Both the position numbers and the translations under genes were made by a program. Positions 8,388 to 18,728 of a DNA stretch of 19,851 bases are shown here, piece by piece. The notes beneath the pieces were generated by a model. The model searched no databases. It was not told where the DNA came from and was given only the letters and a program-made list of their open reading frames with translations. Each line of letters starts with the position of its first letter. The first letter of the stretch is position 1. The stretch spans positions 1-19,851 of the forward strand of contig CAWFAD010000003.1 in NCBI GenBank assembly GCA_963813815.1, written 5' to 3'. Origin of the DNA: an uncultured bacterium (GTDB taxonomy: Bacteria; Krumholzibacteriota; Krumholzibacteriia; Krumholzibacteriales; Krumholzibacteriaceae).

Positions 8388-8789
8388 TCAGGAGCGAAGA
8401 ACCGTCGTGGCTATGTGGGGCGCGAGGGGAGAAGGGGGCAAGAGCGGCCGGCCGGCGAAGCTTCCCCGCGGGGTCTCGGCGTCGATCGTTCGCGTCGCCG
8501 CGAACGAAACGGCCGCGAGCGAGCGCATCTTGAGCGGCTCGAGCGGCGCGTACGGAGCCGAGGCCTCGGTGTCCGTGCAGCCCGTGTGATCGTGGCCGCC
8601 GGGCAGGAGCGCCGGTACGGACGCGCCGGTCGCATTCTCGCAGCACGAGAGCGCGCGCGGGCCGTGAAGCGGCTTGAACGAGACGTTCCCCCTTCCGTCG
8701 TCGCAGCGCACGGACCCTCCGGGAAAAAGCGCGAGGGAGAGCGCGTGGGCGCAGAGGAGGAGCGTGCCGATTGCCGTGCGTATCTTCAT
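8388..8789 (-). CDS. Cys/His-rich hypothetical leader protein upstream of the metal efflux operon (CzcI/DUF2946-like architecture), 133 aa
   Basis: MKIRTAIGTLLLCAHALSLALFP hydrophobic N-terminus; VRCDDG, SCCE and HDHTGCTD; Pro-rich C-terminus ending TTVLRS. Sits between a promoter and the tolC-like gene. Start set at ATG 8789 rather than 8918. Confidence 0.7.
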   Translation of the reverse strand: MKIRTAIGTLLLCAHALSLALFPGGSVRCDDGRGNVSFKPLHGPRALSCCENATGASVPALLPGGHDHTGCTDTEASAPYAPLEPLKMRSLAAVSFAATRTIDAETPRGSFAGRPLLPPSPLAPHIATTVLRS

Positions 8790-8799
8790 ATCGATTAAT

Positions 8800-8828
8800 A
8801 AAATACTATCCCGCGTCCGCAAAGTCAA
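8800..8828 (-). promoter_or_regulatory. sigma70-type promoter for the leader ORF and efflux operon
   Basis: Minus strand TTGACT (8828-8823), N17, TATTTT (8805-8800), 10 nt before the ATG at 8789. Confidence 0.65.
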
Positions 8829-8846
8829 ACGCGGCGCCGAGCGCTC

Positions 8847-8875
8847 TTGACATGGCGCGGGCTTTTCTGTATAAG
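8847..8875 (+). promoter_or_regulatory. sigma70-type promoter for the ileS operon
   Basis: TTGACA (8847-8852), N17, TATAAG (8870-8875). Confidence 0.7.
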
Positions 8876-8900
8876 GTATTATCCAAGCTTGGCAGGCGAT

Positions 8901-8935
8901 TAACCCCGGCATCCTCATAAGATGGCACGGGGTTA
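8901..8935 (+). other. Hairpin in the ileS 5' leader
   Basis: TAACCCCG (8901-8908) pairs perfectly with CGGGGTTA (8928-8935), with an inner CATC/GATG stem. Confidence 0.6.
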
Positions 8936-8971
8936 CGGTTTGTATGCCCGTAATGACGGACGGCGACGAGA

Positions 8972-12127
<3,156 letters not shown>

Positions 12128-12157
12128 CGCCTCGATCGATGCAAGGAGCGTTGCGCG

Positions 12158-12577
12158 ATGCCTGACAAGAAAACGAAAAAGCTGAAGAAGAAATACACCA
12201 AGAAAGAGCTCGATCATTTCAAGCAGCGGCTGCTCTCCGAGCGCAACCGGATCCTCAAGGAGCTCAGCCGGATCACGGAGGCCCTCAACGAGGCCACCGA
12301 CGCGACGGAGGCGGCCAAGCAGTCGTACTCGAACCATCTCGCCGATCTCGGCACCGACTACATGGAGAAGGAAAAGAACTACTACTACGCCGATCAGGAG
12401 GGCGCATACCTGCGCTCGATCGAGGCGGCGCTCGAGCGGATCGAGAAGGGCGACTACGGCATCTGCTCGGAGTGCGAGGACCTCATTTCCGAGAAGCGGC
12501 TCGAGGCGGTTCCCGCCGCCGAGCTCTGCATCAATTGCAAGGAAAAGAAGGAGAGGATCGAGCGGGGAGGGCGCTGA
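12158..12577 (+). CDS. DksA/TraR-family C4 zinc-finger protein
   Basis: Coiled coil followed by ALERIEKGDYGICSEC...RLEAVP.AELCINC; AAGGAG RBS. Confidence 0.92.
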   Translation: MPDKKTKKLKKKYTKKELDHFKQRLLSERNRILKELSRITEALNEATDATEAAKQSYSNHLADLGTDYMEKEKNYYYADQEGAYLRSIEAALERIEKGDYGICSECEDLISEKRLEAVPAAELCINCKEKKERIERGGR

Positions 12578-12580
12578 ACG

Positions 12581-13069
12581 ATGCTGTTCTTCGCGATCGC
12601 CGCGCTCGTCGTCATCCTCGATCAGGCCTCGAAACGGCTCATCTGGGAAGCCTTTCAGTACCGGGGCGGGCAGGATCTCATCGACGGCGTGCTCCGCATC
12701 ACGCTCAGCAAGAACAAGGGCGCCGTCTTCGGCATTCTCTCCAACGTCAAAACCCTGCTGCTCGTCGTGACGATCGTATCGATCGGCGTCCTCATATTCT
12801 ACGCGTACCGCATGCGCTACGCCCCCGCGCACAAGCGGATCTATCTCGGGCTCATCCTCGGCGGCGCTTTCGGCAACCTCATCGACCGCCTCGCCTCGGG
12901 CGAGGTGCTCGATTTCATCGACATGGGGATCGGCTCATACCGCTGGCCCACGTATAACGTCGCCGACATCGCCGTCACGGTCGGCGCCGTGCTCCTCATC
13001 GCGGGTTACATCCTGCATCCGGACGCGGACCGCAAAGACGCCGGGCCGGCCCCGCAGGAAGAGCAGTGA
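12581..13069 (+). CDS. lspA: Lipoprotein signal peptidase II
   Basis: DQASK, N.GAVFG, GGAFGNLIDR, VLDFID and YNVAD motifs; follows ileS as is typical. Confidence 0.96.
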   Translation: MLFFAIAALVVILDQASKRLIWEAFQYRGGQDLIDGVLRITLSKNKGAVFGILSNVKTLLLVVTIVSIGVLIFYAYRMRYAPAHKRIYLGLILGGAFGNLIDRLASGEVLDFIDMGIGSYRWPTYNVADIAVTVGAVLLIAGYILHPDADRKDAGPAPQEEQ

Positions 13070-14040
13070 CGAATCGCACGTCCGTTTCGTTTCTCGTCGA
13101 CCAAGAGGACGGCGGAGCCCGCCTCGACTCCTACCTCAGCGCCCAGCTTCCCGAGCTCTCCCGCGCGCGCGTCCAAAAGGCGATCCGCTCGGGCGAGGTG
13201 CTCGTCGACGGGGCGCCGGTCGCGAAGCCGGCGCGCCGGGTGGCCGAGGGGGAGGAGATCGCCCTCGCCTTCAGCCCCCCGAAGCCGCTCGAGCTCGCTC
13301 CCGAGCGCATCCCGCTCGACGTCGTGTACGAGGACGAGCATCTCCTCGTCGTGAACAAGGCCGCGGGGATGGTCGTTCATCCGGCGCCGGGGCACGGGAC
13401 GGGCACGCTCGTTCACGCGCTCCTCGCCCACTGCGGGAACCTCTCGGGGATCGGCGGATACCTTCGCCCCGGCATCGTGCACCGGCTCGACGCCGGCACG
13501 TCCGGGCTCCTCGTCGTGGCGAAGGGGGACGAGGCGCACATCGCGCTCGCGAGGGCGCTCATGGAGCGGCGGGTGCACCGGGTGTACGAGGCGATCGTCT
13601 GGGGAGAGCTCCCGGAATCGAGCGGGGTCATCGACTTCCCGATCGGCCGTAACCCCCATGATCGCAAGAAGATGGCGGTTGTCGACAAGGGGGGCAAGGA
13701 GGCGCGCACCGGCTACTCTGTTATGGACACCCTCGGCCCCTTCCAGTATATTAGGCTCGAGCTCGAAACGGGGCGAACCCATCAGATACGCGTTCACCTC
13801 TCGAAGGTGGGACACCCCGTTCTGGGAGATCCCGCGTACGGCGGCCGGCGGGCGAGTTGGGGCGGCCTTTCCGGAAAGGCCGCGCAAACCGCGAAGCGCG
13901 CGCTCGCCATGATCGACAGGCAGGCGCTTCACGCGAGGGAGCTTTCGTTCACCCACCCGGCGACGGGCGCGGTCATGGTTTTTTCGGCTCCCTTGCCCGG
14001 CGACATGGCGGCGGTCCTCGAGTTCCTCGAATCGGCGTAG
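13066..14040 (+). CDS. rluD: RluA/RluD-family 23S rRNA pseudouridine synthase
   Basis: N-terminal S4 domain (RLDSYL...SRARVQ), VVNK.AGMVVHP, HRLD..TSG (catalytic Asp), TGRTHQIRVH and QALHA; GTGA overlap with lspA. Confidence 0.93.
   Translation: MTNRTSVSFLVDQEDGGARLDSYLSAQLPELSRARVQKAIRSGEVLVDGAPVAKPARRVAEGEEIALAFSPPKPLELAPERIPLDVVYEDEHLLVVNKAAGMVVHPAPGHGTGTLVHALLAHCGNLSGIGGYLRPGIVHRLDAGTSGLLVVAKGDEAHIALARALMERRVHRVYEAIVWGELPESSGVIDFPIGRNPHDRKKMAVVDKGGKEARTGYSVMDTLGPFQYIRLELETGRTHQIRVHLSKVGHPVLGDPAYGGRRASWGGLSGKAAQTAKRALAMIDRQALHARELSFTHPATGAVMVFSAPLPGDMAAVLEFLESA
13724..13752 (+). promoter_or_regulatory. Candidate internal sigma70 promoter inside rluD
   Basis: TGGACA (13724-13729), N17, TATATT (13747-13752), in a patch of A/T-ending codons about 320 nt upstream of the STAS gene. 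Confidence 0.45.
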
Positions 14041-14073
14041 ACGGCGAACCGGCGGAACCGGGGGAGACGAGAC

Positions 14074-14418
14074 ATGCGGATAGTGACGCGCGAGAGCGAC
14101 GGCGTCGTCATTGTCGACCTCCAGGGAAAGCTCATGGGAGGGCCGGACGCCGAGGTCTTCAAGGGAACGATCCACAAGCTCCTCGAAGGCGGCCACAAGA
14201 AGATCGTCGTCAACCTGCACGACGTCGACTGGATCAACAGCACCGGCATGGGCATCCTCATATCGGGGTACACGACGATGCGCCGGAGCGGCGGCGACCT
14301 CCGGCTGCTGAACGTCTCGGACAAGATACAGAGCATTCTCTACGTCACGAAGCTCAACATGATATTCAAGTGCTACGACAGCGAGGCCGCGGCGGTCGAG
14401 AGCTTCGAGGTCTCATGA
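14074..14418 (+). CDS. STAS-domain anti-sigma factor antagonist (RsbV/SpoIIAA-like)
   Basis: 114 aa; VVNLHDVDWINSTGMG carries the phosphoacceptor Ser motif; GGDLRLLN; GGGAG RBS. Confidence 0.92.
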   Translation: MRIVTRESDGVVIVDLQGKLMGGPDAEVFKGTIHKLLEGGHKKIVVNLHDVDWINSTGMGILISGYTTMRRSGGDLRLLNVSDKIQSILYVTKLNMIFKCYDSEAAAVESFEVS

Positions 14419-14456
14419 GGCCGGAATCGCACAGCGAAGAAAGGGAGCGAGCCCCC

Positions 14457-14906
14457 ATGGCCGGCACAATCGCCATCGAGTTCCCGAGCGATTACAGGTT
14501 CCTCAATCTCGTCGACGCCGTCTGCGGCGAAGTGGTGCAGGGCCTCTGCTGCGGCCGCGACGAGGCGAACGAGATCGCGATCTCGGTCATCGAGGCGTGC
14601 ACGAACGCGATCGAGCACGGCAACCGCTACTGCCCCGAGGAGAACGTCCGGCTGAGCTTTCAATGCGAGCCCGGGCGCCTCGTCGTCTCGGTCGAGGACC
14701 GCGGCAAGGGATTCGATTTCAAGAGCTACCTCGAGCATATTCCCGATCCGTCGAATCTGCAGCACCTGCGGGGGCGCGGCATCTTCATCATGAAGAACAT
14801 GATGGACGCCCTCCGCTTCGAAGTGACGCCCGGCAGCGGCATGAAGGTCACGCTCGAAAAACACCTTCGCGACAAGCCGGCCGACGCCGGCACCGGGAAT
14901 GCATAG
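14457..14906 (+). CDS. Anti-sigma factor / Ser kinase (RsbW/SpoIIAB-like, HATPase_c)
   Basis: EACTNAIEHG (N box), VEDRGKGFD (G1) and GRGIFIMKNMMD (G2). An alternative in-frame ATG at 14415 overlaps the STAS stop. Confidence 0.92.
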   Translation: MAGTIAIEFPSDYRFLNLVDAVCGEVVQGLCCGRDEANEIAISVIEACTNAIEHGNRYCPEENVRLSFQCEPGRLVVSVEDRGKGFDFKSYLEHIPDPSNLQHLRGRGIFIMKNMMDALRFEVTPGSGMKVTLEKHLRDKPADAGTGNA

Positions 14907-14954
14907 CGGCGGCGAGCCCGCCCCTTTCCCGCACCGGCGCCGGGAGTGATCTCG

Positions 14955-17222
14955 ATGGACGTCTCCTCATTTCTCGCATCCTTCTACTTCGTGACCGGCA
15001 TCGTCATGTTCTTTCTCGCCGTGACGATCCTCCGTCAGACGGGGCGCACCGCCGTGAGCTGGTTCACGGCCCTCGTGCTCTTCTTCGCGAGCTTCGGCCC
15101 GATCCTCGGCGCCGTGGGATACCTGCTCCAGATCAATCCGCGCGAGGGGACGCTCCTCTTCAAGAACCTCGTGGCGAGCTTCGCGTACGTGTGGGAGTTC
15201 TTCTTCCCCTCCCTCGTGCTCTTCGCTCTCGTCTTTCCGCGCCGGCATCGCGCGTGGGCGTATATCCGGCGCTTCGTGTGGATCCTCTTCCTGCCGCACC
15301 TTTTCCATCTCGTCCTCCTCATCTTTCTGCTCGACCGCGTGAACCCGGCGAGGATGTTCCACGGCATCGCCGAGATGCCCGTCTCGATCGGGGCGGCGAG
15401 CGCGTTTTTTCAGCGCTTCGAGCAGCTGCTCAGCGTGTTCATGGAGCTCTTGCTCCGGGCGCACGTGCAGCTCTTTTCGCTCGTGAACGTCGCCTACGCC
15501 GGCTTTTCGCTCCTCATTCTCGTGAACGCGGCCCGCTCGGACGTGCCGCCGCGCGTCAAGCGGCAGGTGTGGATCCTCATCGGCGGCCTCGGCCTGTGCA
15601 TCGTCACCTTTTCGCTCGCGCGGCTCCTGCCGGTGCTCGGGTGGATCCCGGGGCGGGAGGACGCCTCGATCATCTTCATCAACGTGGCGCTCGTCATCGG
15701 AGGGGGCTCGATCGCCTACGCGATCGTGCGGCACCAGTTCCTCGGGCTCCGCATGATCGCGCGCCGGGGCATTCTCTACGTCTCCGCGGCGGCGCTCTTC
15801 ACGACCGCCTACCTCATCGTGATCCGGCAGATCACGGCCTTCTTCTCGCGGTTCTCGGGCGGGCGGGTCGAGATACTCGAGACGGCGTTCATCGTGCTCT
15901 TCATCATCGCCTTTCAGCCCGTCCTGACGCGGATCGAGGAGTGGTCGGAGCGCGTCGTCACGCGCGAGCGGCGCGATCCGCGGGCGCGGCTCCGCGCCCT
16001 GAGCGGGGAGATGCTCACGATGATCGACGCGGAGGTCTTGAAGGAGCGGGTGAGCGAGGAGCTGCGGGAGGCGTTCGAGACGGACGAGGCGGAGCTCGCC
16101 GTGATCCGCGACGCGCTCGCCGAGCGCCCGGGCGACGCGGACGTTCGCGCGGCGGTGGACGTGTTCTGCGGGGCGGGGGAGCCCATGCTGCGGGGCGATC
16201 TTCTCGAGTCGCTCGGTGTGCGCGTGCCGCGGGGCGGGTTCATGCGGCGCGGCGCCCGCCGCGAGCTCGACGCCGTCGTCGCGGGGCTTTCGCCGGGGCT
16301 CATGCGGTTCGCCCGCTACGAGCTCCTCGTGCCCGTCATGCACGACGTCGATTGCGTCGCCGTGATCCTTCTCGGGGACCGGCGCGAGCACGACCAGTAC
16401 AACTCGGAGGAGATCGCGCTCGTTTCGATGCTCTCCGCGCAGGTCGCGGCCTCGCTGCACAACATCGACCTCCTCAAGGAGGTCGTCGAGAAGCGCGTCA
16501 TGGAGGAGGAGCTCAACATCGCGCGCTCCATCCAGCAGAACCTCCTGCCCTCGAAGCCGCCGGTCCTCGACCGCTACGAGATCGCGGCCATGAGCGTGTC
16601 GAGCAAGCAGGTGGGCGGGGACTACTATGACTTTCTGCACCGGGAGAACTACCTCGCGATCGCCGTGGCCGACGTCTCGGGAAAGGGCGTGCCGGCCTCG
16701 CTCCTCATGGCCTCGCTGCAGGCGAGCCTTCGGTCCAACATGGACCGGATGGAGCGGCCCGTCGATCTCGTCTCGCGGCTCAACCTCGTCATGTGCGAGG
16801 CGATGACGGAGGACAAGTTCGCGACCCTCTTCTACGGCTGCCTCGACATGGATCGCGACGCGCTCGCGTACACGAACGCGGGGCACGTGTTTCCGTGCTT
16901 CATGCGGAAGAACGGGCGCATCGACGTGCTCGACTACAGCGGCCTCATCCTCGGCGTCATCCCCGAGTTTCAATACGATCTGAAATCCCTCGACTTCGAG
17001 GTCGGCGACACGCTCGTCATCACGAGCGACGGGGTCACGGAGGCCTCGAACGCGGACGGGGAATTTTTCGGCGAGGGGCGTCTCGGCGCGATCCTTGCGA
17101 CGCTCCGCGGGCGGAGCGCCGAGGAAGTGCGCGACGCCATCGTCGAGGACGTCAAGCGATTCTCCGGCGCGAAGGGCGCCGGGGACGATCTCACGATACT
17201 CGTGCTGAGGCGGAAGAAGTGA
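14955..17222 (+). CDS. Membrane-bound PP2C/SpoIIE-family phosphatase (RsbU-like) with a multi-pass N-terminus and a GAF-like region
   Basis: About 8-9 hydrophobic segments in the first 330 aa; LLVPV...VILLG...YNSEEIALVSMLSAQVA GAF-like stretch; ELNIARSIQQNLLP, VGGDYYD, DVSGKG.PA, NAGH, SDGVTE and DDLT motifs. ATG at 14955 has GGGAG 8 nt upstream. Confidence 0.93.
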   Translation: MDVSSFLASFYFVTGIVMFFLAVTILRQTGRTAVSWFTALVLFFASFGPILGAVGYLLQINPREGTLLFKNLVASFAYVWEFFFPSLVLFALVFPRRHRAWAYIRRFVWILFLPHLFHLVLLIFLLDRVNPARMFHGIAEMPVSIGAASAFFQRFEQLLSVFMELLLRAHVQLFSLVNVAYAGFSLLILVNAARSDVPPRVKRQVWILIGGLGLCIVTFSLARLLPVLGWIPGREDASIIFINVALVIGGGSIAYAIVRHQFLGLRMIARRGILYVSAAALFTTAYLIVIRQITAFFSRFSGGRVEILETAFIVLFIIAFQPVLTRIEEWSERVVTRERRDPRARLRALSGEMLTMIDAEVLKERVSEELREAFETDEAELAVIRDALAERPGDADVRAAVDVFCGAGEPMLRGDLLESLGVRVPRGGFMRRGARRELDAVVAGLSPGLMRFARYELLVPVMHDVDCVAVILLGDRREHDQYNSEEIALVSMLSAQVAASLHNIDLLKEVVEKRVMEEELNIARSIQQNLLPSKPPVLDRYEIAAMSVSSKQVGGDYYDFLHRENYLAIAVADVSGKGVPASLLMASLQASLRSNMDRMERPVDLVSRLNLVMCEAMTEDKFATLFYGCLDMDRDALAYTNAGHVFPCFMRKNGRIDVLDYSGLILGVIPEFQYDLKSLDFEVGDTLVITSDGVTEASNADGEFFGEGRLGAILATLRGRSAEEVRDAIVEDVKRFSGAKGAGDDLTILVLRRKK

Positions 17223-17235
17223 GGGGAGTGGGGGC

Positions 17236-17667
17236 ATGATGGGTGCGGGACGCGCGGGCCGGGCGCTCGCCATCGATCCGGGAGAGAGGCGCGTGGGGCT
17301 CGCCCTGAGCGACGAGCTCGGCGTCACGGCGCAGGGGCTCGACACCTTCGAGACGCGGGGCGGCGGGGATCTCCTCGCGCATCTCGGCGGGCTCATCGCC
17401 GAGCACGGCGTCGAGACGGTCGTCGTCGGCGAGCCGCGATCGCTCGCGGGAGGCGAGATCGAGGGGACCGGACGGGCCCGCGAGCTCGCCGAGGCGATCC
17501 GCGGGAGGTTCGGCGTGGAGGTCGTTCTCGCGGATGAGCGGATGACGAGCAAAGAGGCGGAGCGTATACTCGCCGCCGGCGACCGGCGCCACGGCAAGAA
17601 GGATATCGACAAGCTCGCCGCGGTGCTGCTCCTTCAGGGCTATCTCGACGGGAGATCGGGCGGATGA
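17236..17667 (+). CDS. ruvX: YqgF/RuvX-family nuclease (pre-16S rRNA nuclease, Holliday junction resolvase-like)
   Basis: LAIDPGERRVGLALSD, VVVGEP, DERMTS and DKLAAVLLLQGYLD. Confidence 0.93.
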   Translation: MMGAGRAGRALAIDPGERRVGLALSDELGVTAQGLDTFETRGGGDLLAHLGGLIAEHGVETVVVGEPRSLAGGEIEGTGRARELAEAIRGRFGVEVVLADERMTSKEAERILAAGDRRHGKKDIDKLAAVLLLQGYLDGRSGG

Positions 17668-18728
17668 AGAGACTCTCCAGCATTCTCGCGCTCGCGGCGG
17701 CCGTGCTGCTCATAGCCGGCGTGTACGTCGGGTTTCTCTACTACGGCGAGGACGTCGGCACGCCGGGAGAGCGCGTCGAGATCAAGGTGCTCCCCGGGGC
17801 CTATCTCAGCGACGTTCAGCGGATGCTCGTCGAGACGGATCTCCTCGAGCACCCGCGGCTCTTCCGGTGGGTCGCCATCCTCACCGGCAAGGACAAGAAG
17901 GTGCAGGCGGGGAGGTACATGTTTCTCCGCGGCACGAGCATCGCGAAGATGCTCGACAAGCTGGCCCGCGCGGAGTTCGAGATCACGAGGCTCGTCGTGC
18001 CCGAGGGGTTCATGCTCCGCGAGATCGCCGGCGTCGTGCAGCGGGAGCTCGAGGTCGACTCGACCCAGTTTCACCGGCTCGCCCTCAATCCCGATTTCGC
18101 GCGCGAGCTCGGCATCAACGCCCCGACGCTCGAGGGGTATCTTTTTCCCGACACCTACAACCTGAGCTGGCCCATCACCTCCCGCGAGGTCCTGCGGCTC
18201 ATGGTGCAGCGCTTCAAGGACATCTACGACGAGCACATCGCCCTCTACGCCAAGAGCACGGGGCTTTCGACGAACGAAATAGTGACGCTCGCCTCGATCG
18301 TGCAGTCGGAGGCGCAGCGCTCGTCCGAGATGCCGCGCATCGCGGCCGTCTACTACAACCGCATGCGCAAGGGAATCCGCCTCGAGGCGGATCCGACCGT
18401 GGCCTACGCCCTCGGCGGCGTCCGCCGCGGCCTGAAATACAGCGATCTCAAGGTGCAGTCGCCCTACAACACGTACCGCGCGAAGGGGCTCCCGCCGGGG
18501 CCGATCGCGAGCCCCGGGCGCTCGGCGCTCGAGGCGGCCGTGAGGCCGCTCGAGGGGTGCAAGGATCTCTACTTCGTGGCGGACCGGAACGGCTACCATC
18601 TTTTCTCCCAGACGCACGACGATCACGTGAAGGCCAAGCGGCTCGTGCGGGCCGCGAGGGATACGATCTCCCATGCAAAGCCAGAAGCGCCGAAAGAGCC
18701 CGTCGCCGACGCGGGCGCGACTCCGTAA
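17664..18728 (+). CDS. mltG: Endolytic murein transglycosylase MltG (YceG)
   Basis: N-terminal membrane anchor; VPEG, LEGYLFPDTY, LASIVQSE (catalytic Glu), YYNR, L.ADPT, SPYNTY..GLPPGPIASPG and LYFVA; ATGA overlap with ruvX. Confidence 0.96.
   Translation: MKRLSSILALAAAVLLIAGVYVGFLYYGEDVGTPGERVEIKVLPGAYLSDVQRMLVETDLLEHPRLFRWVAILTGKDKKVQAGRYMFLRGTSIAKMLDKLARAEFEITRLVVPEGFMLREIAGVVQRELEVDSTQFHRLALNPDFARELGINAPTLEGYLFPDTYNLSWPITSREVLRLMVQRFKDIYDEHIALYAKSTGLSTNEIVTLASIVQSEAQRSSEMPRIAAVYYNRMRKGIRLEADPTVAYALGGVRRGLKYSDLKVQSPYNTYRAKGLPPGPIASPGRSALEAAVRPLEGCKDLYFVADRNGYHLFSQTHDDHVKAKRLVRAARDTISHAKPEAPKEPVADAGATP

Noticed and set aside
8880..8971. T-box riboswitch or attenuator peptide upstream of ileS
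   Set aside because: No T-box consensus, no recognisable specifier stem, no Ile-rich leader peptide and no U-tract terminator.
13857..14456. N-terminal 200 aa of the 349-aa ORF
   Set aside because: Overlaps rluD and the STAS gene out of frame; the RsbW-like sequence begins only at about 14457.
14597..17612. 677-aa and 881-aa ORFs over the phosphatase
   Set aside because: Off-frame and antisense shadows.
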